A DNA stretch of 60,488 bases, counting the filler. It is 9 parts of 9 records of this genome, joined end to end, with 100 filler letters (N's around TTAATTAATTAA, not from the genome) between each part and the next. Parts side by side here need not be neighbours in the genome. Positions count along the whole stretch, not along the records: positions 22,303 to 28,584 come from SRR31147125_92296; positions 28,685 to 35,678 come from SRR31147125_92383; 7 more parts are not named here. One strand, given 5' to 3'. A program made the position numbers and the translations under genes. Below are positions 22,303 to 32,153 of this stretch, piece by piece (positions within the stretch are counted from its first letter, which is position 1; every line of letters begins with the position of its first letter). The notes under the pieces are model-generated. The model was not told the DNA's origin. It made no database searches and saw nothing but the letters and a program-made list of their open reading frames with translations.

Positions 22303-22330
22303 GCGCTCTATCCGTCTGAGCTACAGGGGC
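22303..22330 (-). tRNA. 5' part of a tRNA, probably tRNA-Arg (cut by contig end; anticodon not visible)
   Basis: Minus strand GCCCCTGTAGCTCAGACGGATAGAGCGC: acceptor arm plus D-arm typical of tRNA-Arg. Confidence 0.7.
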
Positions 22331-22344
22331 GATAAACAGTCGCT

Positions 22345-22373
22345 ATTATACCCATTTTTAAAAAATAATACAA
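22345..22373 (-). promoter_or_regulatory. Sigma-70 promoter of the tRNA
   Basis: TTGTAT-17 nt-TATAAT. Confidence 0.65.
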
Positions 22374-22393
22374 TTGATTTTTGTTCTGGAAGA

Positions 22394-22423
22394 GAGACGT
22401 CCCGAAATATTTCGGGACGTCTC
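22394..22423. terminator. Perfect 30-bp palindrome, terminator/REP-like
   Basis: GAGACGTCCCGAAATATTTCGGGACGTCTC, 25 nt after the stop of the 718-aa gene. Confidence 0.65.
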
Positions 22424-22448
22424 ACGTTTTACGTTTTACATTTTACGC

Positions 22449-24605
22449 TTAACGAATAACGATGAATTTCTTAAAGGCTGAATCACCTTCTTTTAAAATA
22501 CCAAAATCTTCTTTCACAACGATCTGAGCAATATAAATACCACTTTGGATCAACTGATGTGTATCGGTCGTCAAATCCCAACTTTCATCACCGGTGGGAT
22601 TAATATGTTCGATCGTTTTAACCAAATTTCCACGTTCAGAATAGATCTTAATATCACATCTTTTCGGTAATCCGTAAAAGTTAATCCTGTATTTGTCTCC
22701 GGCTTCACTTCCATACTGAAGACCGATAGCACGTGAATTATAGGGATTCGGAACGATGCGGACATCATCCAGAATATCACCAGGCATTCTCTGCAATGAA
22801 GCTGCCTGTGAACTCATGGTAGCAAATTTACTGCTCTCCATAATGTCACCGCTACCATCATCAAAAAGTGCCGTTACATAATAAAAATAGCTAAATCCTC
22901 TGACCGCTTCACGATCAGTGTAGGTTCTGGCAACTGAAACACCGGAATTGGCGCCGCATTCAAAGATATTGTAGTATGTTGAATCAGTAGATTGTATAGC
23001 TCTATAAACTTTATAACCGGTGAAATACGGATGAGTTTCAGCATAACTGTCCCATGAAATATTGATCTGGTCGCCTCCGGGGATGATCTCAACAAAACTT
23101 GGAGGTGGTAAGACATCCAGTCCATCACCTGTATATTGGTCTATAGCGTTCTGAAATGCTTTAAACAGTGAATCTTTACCGGTATAGAACCAAGCTGCTT
23201 TGTATTCATCAGCATTGGTCGTTGTACCGCCATTTGGAAGGTCTAAAGCTCCGGAAGCATTGTTATAAAGGTTATTACCGGTAAATTGAGTTCTTTCACA
23301 CCAATTCAAACCGACTTCAAGCCTTTTTTCCCAATCAAGTGTTCCGACCGCTTCGGCAAGAACGATATTGATCGTATCGCCTTTTGACATATCATAAGGA
23401 CCACAAGCAAATCCAACCGAAACACCTGCACCACCCGGATCCCATGCATCGGGATTCTGTCCGGCTTCTTCTATAAGATCTTTGTGAGATTTACCCGTTC
23501 TACCTTCTCCAACTGGAGTTCCCGGATCCGGCATACTGGTATTGGCGGGATTGTCTTCCATATGCTTATAACGATATTGCATCATAGACGGAGTAAAATC
23601 ATCCGGATCCCATGCGCAAATGGCGTTGCTTCCCATCCAGCGAAAAGTACTGGGTTGATCAGGATCGTCTGTTTTATCCGAAGCTGAAGCATCAGCATGT
23701 ACAATTGCCGTACCGACAATATGAGATGCGGCTAAATGTCCGTTATCGCGGCCCCATGCTTTTGGATCCTTAAATGCCGGTGCACCGAGTCTATCTTCTG
23801 TATCGGCACTGTGATTTCCATTCCATGAAAATGCTGCACGAATACCATCATATCCGGGAAAGTCTTTTCCGGGATAAACCCAGTCATTGACTTGGTTTTC
23901 ACCCCATTTTGCACCATAATCGGAGAGGAGTCCCAATTGATAATCGGCCGCTTCGTAAGTCAGGCCATATCGCCATTGCCAATGAAAATAGACATCATCC
24001 AATTCGTTTGTTGCCACTTCATCGCCATCGGCATTGTATATACCGGTATTCACGAATGAATAATCATAAATGAAATAGTTTTGATGTCCGGGGTAAGTAT
24101 AGGCATAAACCCTTCTTATAACCGTAACACCCATTGAAGTATTTACAACATTGTAGATCATTCTGTCCGCTTTCAAGTCTGTATCAAGCTCATCAATAGC
24201 ATCAAGGTACAGGTTTCTTGAACCGGCGGAACCACCAACAAGCACGATAGGTTGAGGATATTTACCCACGAGTTTAAACTCTTCGCTCATCCACCCGCTG
24301 GATTCATCAACCTGTCTGGGACCGTTTGCTGCCACTTTATAAGGAAAAGTAACGCCCACTGTGGGATCATCGAAGTTCTTACATCCGATCCAAAGCCCTT
24401 TGGCTGCCTGTACATCCTGATACTTATGGAATTGCGGATAAGCAAGTCCATCCACCTGAGTGTCTTTGGGACCTTCGGACTCCAATTCATTACCCGGTGA
24501 TGCGAACCAGTTATACAGGTCAGAAATTGCAAGGTGTTTCATTTCTGCAGAAAACAAAAATGTTAAACATGTCAGTACGAAAATTATCTTTTTGATCAAA
24601 TTCAT
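22449..24605 (-). CDS. Secreted 718-aa protein with FN3-like domain and T9SS-type/FlgD-Ig-like C-terminal domain
   Basis: Signal peptide; GDQINISWD..GYKVYRA..YYVTA; C-terminal VRIVPNPY..INFYGLP..IKIYSERGNLVKTIEH..WDL..SGIYI..KFIVIR. Confidence 0.75.
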   Translation of the reverse strand: MNLIKKIIFVLTCLTFLFSAEMKHLAISDLYNWFASPGNELESEGPKDTQVDGLAYPQFHKYQDVQAAKGLWIGCKNFDDPTVGVTFPYKVAANGPRQVDESSGWMSEEFKLVGKYPQPIVLVGGSAGSRNLYLDAIDELDTDLKADRMIYNVVNTSMGVTVIRRVYAYTYPGHQNYFIYDYSFVNTGIYNADGDEVATNELDDVYFHWQWRYGLTYEAADYQLGLLSDYGAKWGENQVNDWVYPGKDFPGYDGIRAAFSWNGNHSADTEDRLGAPAFKDPKAWGRDNGHLAASHIVGTAIVHADASASDKTDDPDQPSTFRWMGSNAICAWDPDDFTPSMMQYRYKHMEDNPANTSMPDPGTPVGEGRTGKSHKDLIEEAGQNPDAWDPGGAGVSVGFACGPYDMSKGDTINIVLAEAVGTLDWEKRLEVGLNWCERTQFTGNNLYNNASGALDLPNGGTTTNADEYKAAWFYTGKDSLFKAFQNAIDQYTGDGLDVLPPPSFVEIIPGGDQINISWDSYAETHPYFTGYKVYRAIQSTDSTYYNIFECGANSGVSVARTYTDREAVRGFSYFYYVTALFDDGSGDIMESSKFATMSSQAASLQRMPGDILDDVRIVPNPYNSRAIGLQYGSEAGDKYRINFYGLPKRCDIKIYSERGNLVKTIEHINPTGDESWDLTTDTHQLIQSGIYIAQIVVKEDFGILKEGDSAFKKFIVIR

Positions 24606-24618
24606 TTATTTACCTCTT

Positions 24619-27600
24619 TCAGAAATCAAATGAAATATTCAGGCCAACATAAATATCTCTTGGATACATAAGTCCAAGTGAAGTGAAATTCGGCATATCT
24701 ATATAAGCTTTTGTTTTTAGCACTTCATCAACGCGAGTATCATCTTCGAGGATAAAAACTCCATCCTCGAATTTGTAATAATCCTGATCGGCTGCGTTGT
24801 AATAGAGGTATCCTTCGGAACCTGAGGAAACGCTTGAAATATCCTCGACATGTTCCATGGGTACATAATCAACATTGTAATCACGATATGTTCCCGGTCT
24901 GTCATTACCGGGGATATTACCATAATCACCGATCTCGTCTATAACTTCCTGTGGCAGATGCAAGGAATAATAGTAGGATCTGGAATCATCGGTATCATAA
25001 AATGCGGATGTATACAATCTTTTAATGTTCAGGAGATTAAAGCAATCAGCAAATATCTTAAGTGAGAAGGATTTACCTAACTTCAGTGATTTCGACACTT
25101 TCATGTTAAGTCCGTAAGAATCTTTCCATCTGATATTATTCTGGATCTTTACTCCACCTTCATCGGATGTACTGTTCGGGTTCCAGGTTATATATGAACC
25201 CTGGCTGTAGTTACCGAGTAAAGTTAAATGCCAGTCTCCCAGCAGATATTGTCCTGCAACCTGAGGTCCAAAATTGACCGGCGTATGAAGATCAACATTG
25301 AACTTCACAAGAGAGATGGGCTGTGCAACTCCTTGATTTGGCTCGGATTTCAAATAATCGCGCATAGCTGTGATATCCTGGTAATAATGCTGATATCCAA
25401 ACTGTCCCCATGAATTAACACGATATTCGTAGTTTACATTACCGGTAAACCAGTCACCGTAGATCTTTCTCAATTCAACCTCAAAACCGCGGATATCTTC
25501 GTAACTGTTGGCAGTAACAAGTCCGTAATCGGCTTTTCCGTCAACAGAAGTGTAATATGTTCTATCCTGTTGATCGGTAACATCTTTGTAATAGGCTGAT
25601 AAACGGATAAGATATTCATCCATAATTGCCTGGTCGAAACCGATCTCGTAAGAGACCGTTTGTGCAAGCGGAACAGCTGGGTTTCCGAGGGTAATGAGTT
25701 TACCGTTCGTATAACGCTGAATTCTGTACATGCTTTCAGCTGCAGGCAACTGAACGTAATGTCCATAGTTAAAAAACAATTTCGATACGTCTGATATCGG
25801 ATGTGAGATACCGAGACGAGGACTTAAATAGAATTGAGCGGGAACATCGACCATATCGATCGCATATGCAGGATCACCAAAATAACCACTGTAAGGATTT
25901 CCTGAGTATATATCGTTTTGGCTTGAATCAATGACATTGTACCATTGACCGTTCGGATTGATATACTGAGCAGTTACACCCAAGATAGCGACAAGTCCCT
26001 CAAATTCCAGTTTATCTTGAACATATCCGATAAAGCGATAAGGGTTTTGTGTGTATTCCGTCCAGTACTGTCCGCTTGGAAGTATGGTATATGATCCGAA
26101 ATCGATATGAAGATTGTCATATTGAAATTCCAGACCGCCTTTAAATTGGTTATGAGCATCAAACTGGTTGGTATAAGTACCTTTGATCCTGTAAGAAAGT
26201 ATCTCACTTGAATCACGTCCCGTACCGAAAGCTCCACCCATTGACATACCGTTAATACCGACATCACTGAAATCACCACTGAAACCGAAAGGAGCTTCAT
26301 CGGCAAAATAACCCGGAAGCACTTCGTAGTTTTCAGTAAAATCACGTGCATCCATAGGGCCGGTCTCATATCGGATCGCTTGTAGCTGAGCCGTAACATC
26401 AAGACTAGACCTTTCGTTGAACATATTCGTATATTTCAGCGAATAAGAATTGTCATATTTTTTGGAAGGTGAAAAATAACCTTCAGCAAAAACCCTTGCA
26501 TCAAAAGTATTAGCGATCGAGACCGCCGATGCGGGACCATAGATCGGGCTCATCATTCCTGAGTAACCACTTCTTGAAGATGCAGTTCCTGAAGTTTGAC
26601 TCATCATCCCGATAAATGACAGTTTTTGAGATGTATTAATATTTGAAGTGACTTTCAGCATTCCAACTTCATTCCAAAGAGCGTCAGTAGCCATTGGGAT
26701 GCTGTATTCTTCATTATTTCTCATGTATGAAAAGTAAAAACGCATATCACCCAGCGATTTACTTACAAAGGGTACCGGGCCACCAAAGCCCATATCGATA
26801 TTATAATCCCAATCATCAATGATCCCATGACGACGATGCTCATATTCAAATAATCTTTGAGCTCCGGCTGAGGTCAAGTCATCATCCGGATTGTCGTTCG
26901 TTATAAGAGCCATTGATTCACTGTTCCATCCGCTGAAATTTAGATTTTGTTCCTGAATATAATCCGGCAGTGGAGCATCATCATATCTGTTATTGTTATT
27001 TATATCCTGATAAGGTTCATAATCATCCCAAACACCGTTTCCATTGATGTCCGTATAGAATTCACCATAAGTGCCATCCCAGCAAAGTTCATCATCAAGA
27101 TAAGGATTAAGCCAGAAAGAGTCTTCATCATATGGAGAAATATAAAAATTCTTGGCCGCGGGAGAGCTGCCCTTCAAATTCATTGAAAACTCATATTTAT
27201 CGGTGGAGCCTTCTTTCATCGCGACGTTCACAACACCTGAACGAACATTGTTATACTCGGCATTCATACCACCGCTCTGAACTGAAAGCGCCTGAACAGC
27301 GCTAAGAGGAATATTAGAGACCGGTGTATTAGTTCTGGCATCTCTTTGAATGATACCGTCAACGATGAATGATACTTCATCAGAGCCGGAACCACGAATA
27401 CCGTAAGCAGATGTAACACCTGGACTTAAAGCGACAACTTCACCAACAGTTGTTGCGGGCAAAGCTTCAATTTCACCTCTTGAAATATTTGCCATTGAAC
27501 CGGTAACGTCGACTTCAACGACTTTCTGTTCAGCTTCAACAACAACACCTTCAAGGCCGATCACATCAGCCTGCATTGCATAATTAATTCGCTTTGTCAG

Positions 27601-27888
27601 ATCGATCTTTACGATGACATCTGTCATTGTAAATGTTTCGTATCCCATATAACGTGCTACAACATTATAGGTACCGGGAGGTACATTCATGATCACATAG
27701 TAACCTTCAACATTTGTCGCAGCACCAAAAGAGGTCCCCTCAATAAGTACGTTTGCACCGGCAAGAGGCTCGCCGGTCTTTTCGTCCGTAATTATTCCTG
27801 TAACTTTTCCCGTAATACCGGCAAAAGCAAAACCAATTACGAACAATAAACACAAAATCCGTCTAAGTTTGTTCATTATCTGCCTCAT
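24619..27888 (-). CDS. TonB-dependent outer-membrane receptor with N-terminal carboxypeptidase-regulatory-like domain
   Basis: GITGKVTG..D.KTGEPLAGANV, plug IRGS..DEV..VDG, SPRLGISHP, SYEIG, terminal Phe. Confidence 0.92.
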   Translation of the reverse strand: MRQIMNKLRRILCLLFVIGFAFAGITGKVTGIITDEKTGEPLAGANVLIEGTSFGAATNVEGYYVIMNVPPGTYNVVARYMGYETFTMTDVIVKIDLTKRINYAMQADVIGLEGVVVEAEQKVVEVDVTGSMANISRGEIEALPATTVGEVVALSPGVTSAYGIRGSGSDEVSFIVDGIIQRDARTNTPVSNIPLSAVQALSVQSGGMNAEYNNVRSGVVNVAMKEGSTDKYEFSMNLKGSSPAAKNFYISPYDEDSFWLNPYLDDELCWDGTYGEFYTDINGNGVWDDYEPYQDINNNNRYDDAPLPDYIQEQNLNFSGWNSESMALITNDNPDDDLTSAGAQRLFEYEHRRHGIIDDWDYNIDMGFGGPVPFVSKSLGDMRFYFSYMRNNEEYSIPMATDALWNEVGMLKVTSNINTSQKLSFIGMMSQTSGTASSRSGYSGMMSPIYGPASAVSIANTFDARVFAEGYFSPSKKYDNSYSLKYTNMFNERSSLDVTAQLQAIRYETGPMDARDFTENYEVLPGYFADEAPFGFSGDFSDVGINGMSMGGAFGTGRDSSEILSYRIKGTYTNQFDAHNQFKGGLEFQYDNLHIDFGSYTILPSGQYWTEYTQNPYRFIGYVQDKLEFEGLVAILGVTAQYINPNGQWYNVIDSSQNDIYSGNPYSGYFGDPAYAIDMVDVPAQFYLSPRLGISHPISDVSKLFFNYGHYVQLPAAESMYRIQRYTNGKLITLGNPAVPLAQTVSYEIGFDQAIMDEYLIRLSAYYKDVTDQQDRTYYTSVDGKADYGLVTANSYEDIRGFEVELRKIYGDWFTGNVNYEYRVNSWGQFGYQHYYQDITAMRDYLKSEPNQGVAQPISLVKFNVDLHTPVNFGPQVAGQYLLGDWHLTLLGNYSQGSYITWNPNSTSDEGGVKIQNNIRWKDSYGLNMKVSKSLKLGKSFSLKIFADCFNLLNIKRLYTSAFYDTDDSRSYYYSLHLPQEVIDEIGDYGNIPGNDRPGTYRDYNVDYVPMEHVEDISSVSSGSEGYLYYNAADQDYYKFEDGVFILEDDTRVDEVLKTKAYIDMPNFTSLGLMYPRDIYVGLNISFDF

Positions 27889-28077
27889 TATTTAGATGAG
27901 TTATTACTCTTTCCCTAACCTTTATCATGCTTGTTTCAAAAGCTTTTTAAATTAAAAGAAATGTTGAAGATATACAATCGATTTTATGTTTTTCTTTGCA
28001 TATTTTTATCGAATCTTAAGTATGAATTTAAAAGCAGCAAATTATCATTAACTCTCTGTTTTTCAGCATAATGAAAA

Positions 28078-28109
28078 AGAGACGCTTCGAAAAGTTTCGG
28101 AGCGTCTCT
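28078..28109 (-). terminator. Terminator hairpin after the MFS gene
   Basis: AGAGACGCTTCGAAA/TTTCGGAGCGTCTCT with a T-run on the minus strand; related to the 22394 palindrome. Confidence 0.65.
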
Positions 28110-28152
28110 ACTTAATACGAAAAAATTCGTCTTACATCTTAGGTTTTAGGTC

Positions 28153-28584
28153 TTACTTGAGATACTCAACCTGTTTCTTGCCTTCTTCAATATCAACCTT
28201 ACGTAACAGTAAGCCACCGATGATAAATAGAACAAGAATGGACAAGACTCCATAACGTATGCCCATATTTTCCAAAGTCATTGAACCAATGGTAAGATCT
28301 CTGGCGTTTTTCGTCAGTAAAGCAATAACAGCCATTAATGACGGACCGATCACGGCAGCGAACTTTCCAAGTAGATTGAAGAATCCGTAGAATTCAGCTG
28401 ATTTATTTACAGGTATGATCCTTGAATACAATGAACGAGAAATCGCTTGAATACCGCCCTGGAACAATCCAATAGCAACAGCGAGGGCATAAAAATGCCA
28501 AACCTGGTTCATAAAGAATCCTACCATGGTAATAACTGCATACCCGGCAATACCAATGTATAGTGATGGTTTTGCACCGATCTT
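28153..28584 (-). CDS. MFS transporter (UMF1/Atg22-like), 5' truncated
   Basis: QGGIQAISRSLYSRIIP..SAEFYGFFNLLGKFAAVIGP. Confidence 0.85.
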   Translation of the reverse strand, partial: KIGAKPSLYIGIAGYAVITMVGFFMNQVWHFYALAVAIGLFQGGIQAISRSLYSRIIPVNKSAEFYGFFNLLGKFAAVIGPSLMAVIALLTKNARDLTIGSMTLENMGIRYGVLSILVLFIIGGLLLRKVDIEEGKKQVEYLK

Positions 28585-28684
28585 NNNNNNNNNNNNNNNN
28601 NNNNNNNNNNNNNNNNNNNNNNNNNNNNTTAATTAATTAANNNNNNNNNNNNNNNNNNNNNNNNNNNNNNNNNNNNNNNNNNNN

Positions 28685-28991
28685 GGAAAATGAAATAATC
28701 GTTTTGAACGAAGATGAAGTTGTACTGTTTTGTACGCAAGACAAAAAGGTGATTGCAAAAACAATAGACGGTAAGCGTTATGTCATCAAACAAAGACTGT
28801 ACGAACTGGAAGAGGCGTTTACAAGTGCCGGATTTATACGTATTTCCAGCGGAGCATTGGCAAATGCGAAAAAAATCAGGAAGCTTGATATGTCGTTGGG
28901 CGGCACGATGAGCGTTGTTTTTTGTGACGGTACAAGAGAAGTAGTATCAAGAAGATGTGTCCAGGCGATCAAAAAGCATTTTAAGATTTGA
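28685..28991 (+). CDS. LytTR-domain regulator, 5' truncated
   Basis: RLYELEE..FIRIS..N..KI..VVSRR. Confidence 0.85.
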
Positions 28992-29001
28992 GGTGAAGAA
29001 A

Positions 29002-29442
29002 ATGAGTTTGGCAAAGAAATTTTTTCTCAGAGCACTGCTGGGTATTCCAATAGGTATTGCGATTAGTGCAACGATATCGTTAATTATCAATATTTCGATG
29101 CATGGACAACCACGGCTAGAAAGCTATATGTCATTATCGTTTTATATCAGAAGCTATATTGCGGCGGCCATCATTGGCGCGGTCAACGGCGGAGGTTCTG
29201 TCGTTTGGGACGTGGAAAGATGGGGATGGATGAAAAAATCGGTGATTTATTTTGGAATGATCTTTCTAATTTTTTATGTGTGTTCCACTTTTGCTGGATG
29301 GATAACCATTGAATTATCGGCATTGCTGATATCGGTTGGAATTTTTATTGCAATCTACATTGTTATTTCAATTGTGATATATCTTTTCTATAAAGGAAAG
29401 CTGCAAAGAGTAAACGAAAAGCTCAGCAACAAAAGAGAATAG
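29002..29442 (+). CDS. DUF3021-type membrane protein (LytTR regulatory system partner)
   Basis: GAGGTG RBS; RALLGIPIGIAI, W..ERW, four TM helices, basic tail; follows LytTR. Confidence 0.75.
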   Translation: MSLAKKFFLRALLGIPIGIAISATISLIINISMHGQPRLESYMSLSFYIRSYIAAAIIGAVNGGGSVVWDVERWGWMKKSVIYFGMIFLIFYVCSTFAGWITIELSALLISVGIFIAIYIVISIVIYLFYKGKLQRVNEKLSNKRE

Positions 29443-29469
29443 CGATTCAGTGACATAGAAGAAGCCGAC

Positions 29470-29502
29470 TGCCGTTTGTATTTATGCAAGCGGTATTTTT
29501 TT
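29470..29502 (+). terminator. Rho-independent terminator
   Basis: TGCCGTTTGTA/TGCAAGCGGTA stem plus T7. Confidence 0.65.
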
Positions 29503-29513
29503 ACGAAAAGTGC

Positions 29514-29540
29514 TAAAGATTGAAACGAACTTGCCGATAA
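29514..29540 (+). promoter_or_regulatory. Sigma-28 (FliA/SigD) promoter
   Basis: Exact consensus TAAA-N15-GCCGATAA. Confidence 0.85.
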
Positions 29541-29592
29541 ATAGAGTGAGAGAGAAATGCGCATAGAAGCGTATTCGGTAAAAGGAGAGATA

Positions 29593-30498
29593 ATGGCGGT
29601 ATCGGGTATAAACGCACAGTTGTTGGCGGCGCAGATTATGAATTCCGGATTGACGGGAAGCGATTCCTCCGATAGTTCGTTTTCGGATATATTATCGAGC
29701 GCGCAGAGCGAAGAGGATACGTCGCTTTCAAGCAGCGATTATTCCGCGCTATTAGGAAGCACAAGTACCAGCAGCTTGTTGATGTCGATGATGGATAACA
29801 GCGCCGCAAGTGCGGCGATGATGCTGAGCCTGAATACGACGCTAAACTCATCGGGGACAACTACGGCGCTGCAGGCATTGCTGTCGGTTGTTAGCGGTGA
29901 GTCGGATGGATACGATTACTCGGCAGACGGTACAATACCGTCGTCACCGGGCAGCACGGCGAATCCGTCAATCACGAGCAGCGAATCTAATCGTAGCGCG
30001 AATTTATACACTGCGGTGATTGATCAGTTTAATGTGGAAGAAAACCCACGTTACGAGGTAAATCAAAAGGGTACGAATGACACGTACTGTAATATTTTTG
30101 TATGGGACGTAACAAGTGCGATGGGTGCAGAAATCCCCCATTATTATAATGCGGAAACAGGCGAGCCGAGCACGGAAGGTGCCGGAGCAAGCGAAATGAA
30201 CGCAAACGGTATATATGACTGGCTGCACGAATACGGGAGTGAATACGGATGGACGGAAGTGACGGCGGAAGAGGCTCAGCAGATGGCCAACGAAGGTCAT
30301 CCGGTGGTGACTGCACTTAGGAATGACAGCGGAGGACACGGGCACGTGCAGGTGGTTTGTCCGTCAGAAGACGGCGCTTATGACGAAGAACGAGGCGTAA
30401 CGATTGCGCAGGCGGGGCGAACGTTATCGAGCTATAAGCCGATTACGGAAGTGTACAATGCAAGCCTTTCGAAGGTAAAATATTTCGCACACATGTGA
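29593..30498 (+). CDS. Ser-rich N-terminus plus putative papain-like (CHAP/NlpC-like) Cys-His hydrolase domain
   Basis: AAAGGAG RBS before ATG 29593; TYCNIFVWDVT...GHGHVQVV...IAQAG. Confidence 0.65.
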   Translation: MAVSGINAQLLAAQIMNSGLTGSDSSDSSFSDILSSAQSEEDTSLSSSDYSALLGSTSTSSLLMSMMDNSAASAAMMLSLNTTLNSSGTTTALQALLSVVSGESDGYDYSADGTIPSSPGSTANPSITSSESNRSANLYTAVIDQFNVEENPRYEVNQKGTNDTYCNIFVWDVTSAMGAEIPHYYNAETGEPSTEGAGASEMNANGIYDWLHEYGSEYGWTEVTAEEAQQMANEGHPVVTALRNDSGGHGHVQVVCPSEDGAYDEERGVTIAQAGRTLSSYKPITEVYNASLSKVKYFAHM

Positions 30499-30512
30499 GT
30501 GCGCAGCGGAGA

Positions 30513-30539
30513 TTAAGTTTTTTCGGTATATGCCGATAT
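30513..30539 (+). promoter_or_regulatory. Sigma-28 promoter of fliDST
   Basis: TTAA-N15-GCCGATAT. Confidence 0.75.
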
Positions 30540-30609
30540 AGTAGATAGTGTAATGAACGATAATTAGGCGCGAAGGACTCGTGCCGGTTGTAAAGCAAAG
30601 GAGTGTATT

Positions 30610-32124
30610 ATGTCACTGGATTCGTTAAACAGCAGTATGCTGCGCCTGACCGGACTTTCTTCCGGCTTAGATACGGATACGATTATTGAAGGTTTGATGA
30701 CGATTGAGCAATCGAAGCTGGATAAGATGGAGTCGGACAAAACCGATCTGGAGTGGAAAGAGGAAGCGTACAGAGAGATTAATAATAAGCTGCGCGCATT
30801 CCGGGAAGAATTCATGAGCGTACTTTCGCCGGATACCAACATGAATACCGAATCGGCGTACAATATTTATGATGTTACAATGATTGACTCGACTACGGCG
30901 GTATCGGTCACCGCAGGGTCAGATGCGCTTTCGGGTACGGTGACAATCGACAGTATTACGCAGCTTGCGGAAGCGGCAGAACTCGAAAGTTCTTCAATCA
31001 CGACAAGTGATTCGTTTAGTTTGGATACGGCACTTAGTGATCTAGAGCTGACACAGGCACTGGAGTTTGATGAAAACGACGAGATATCGTTCTCGATTAA
31101 TGACCAGACGTTCACGTTTTCTAAAACGGACACATTGAATGATATGATTCTTGAGATTAATCAAAACTCGGACGCGGATGTGAAGATTAGCTACAGTACG
31201 CTTAGCAAAGGTTTGACAATCCGCAGCAAGGAGATGGGAGCGGACAGCGAGATCGAAATCGTCAACATATCCGGAAACGCGTTTTCGGCTACAGACAGCG
31301 CGTTTGGCATTTCCGAGGGAACGGTGAACGGGCAGGATGCAATGCTGAGCATTAACGGTTATTCAGTTGAAAAAAGTGACAATTCGTTTACGATCGACGG
31401 TATATCATATTCGCTGAAAGGCACATCAGATTCTTCGATTTCGTTTAGCATTGAGCGTAATGTAGATGACACAATGGATCGCATTACATCGTTCATTGAC
31501 AAGTATAACGATTTGGTTGAAGAACTCAACGAAAAATACACTGAAGATATTTACTATACATATGATCCGCTGACAGAAGATCAGGAAGAGGAGCTCACCG
31601 ACGACGAGATTGAAAAGTGGACGGACATGGCGAAGAGCGGGAATCTTCGAAGCGACTCGTATCTGTCTACGCTGCTTACCTCAATGCGCAACTCGTTTTA
31701 TACAACGGTCGAATCGGTTGGAATGAGCCCGTCGGAAATCGGGATCGAATCCGGGTCGTACAGTGAGCGAAACAAGATAGTTATTGATGAAGATGTATTG
31801 CGCCAAGCGATAGAAAATAATCCGGATCAAGTTGCTTCGCTGTTTGTCAGCAAGTCGAGCTCAGAAGATTCAACAGAATTCTTTAACGAATCTGGTTTAA
31901 TAAAGCGAATTAGTAACGCGATTAACGATTATATTGAGCAAACATCGGATGTTGCAATTGAGGAGCTCGAAAAGAAAATCGATGATGCAGAAGAGCGGAT
32001 AGAGGATCAAGAAGACTGGATGGATGATAGGTTAGAATCGCTGTATGCAAAGTTTACGGTAATGGAGACCGCGCTTTCTACGCTGAACAGCCAGTCAACT
32101 GCGATTGCAGGGTGGACGTTTTAA
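30610..32124 (+). CDS. fliD: Flagellar filament cap protein FliD
   Basis: RLTGLSSGLDTD, QLA, GQDA, FIDKYNDL, YDPLT, KFTVMETALSTLNSQ. Confidence 0.95.
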   Translation: MSLDSLNSSMLRLTGLSSGLDTDTIIEGLMTIEQSKLDKMESDKTDLEWKEEAYREINNKLRAFREEFMSVLSPDTNMNTESAYNIYDVTMIDSTTAVSVTAGSDALSGTVTIDSITQLAEAAELESSSITTSDSFSLDTALSDLELTQALEFDENDEISFSINDQTFTFSKTDTLNDMILEINQNSDADVKISYSTLSKGLTIRSKEMGADSEIEIVNISGNAFSATDSAFGISEGTVNGQDAMLSINGYSVEKSDNSFTIDGISYSLKGTSDSSISFSIERNVDDTMDRITSFIDKYNDLVEELNEKYTEDIYYTYDPLTEDQEEELTDDEIEKWTDMAKSGNLRSDSYLSTLLTSMRNSFYTTVESVGMSPSEIGIESGSYSERNKIVIDEDVLRQAIENNPDQVASLFVSKSSSEDSTEFFNESGLIKRISNAINDYIEQTSDVAIEELEKKIDDAEERIEDQEDWMDDRLESLYAKFTVMETALSTLNSQSTAIAGWTF

Positions 32125-32153
32125 CGCTGGATTCTTTGAATAGGGGGAATGAT

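Noticed and set aside
28685-29442. LytTR plus DUF3021 as a new system
   Set aside because: It matches the already described LytTR regulatory system architecture (HdrRM/BrsRM-like).
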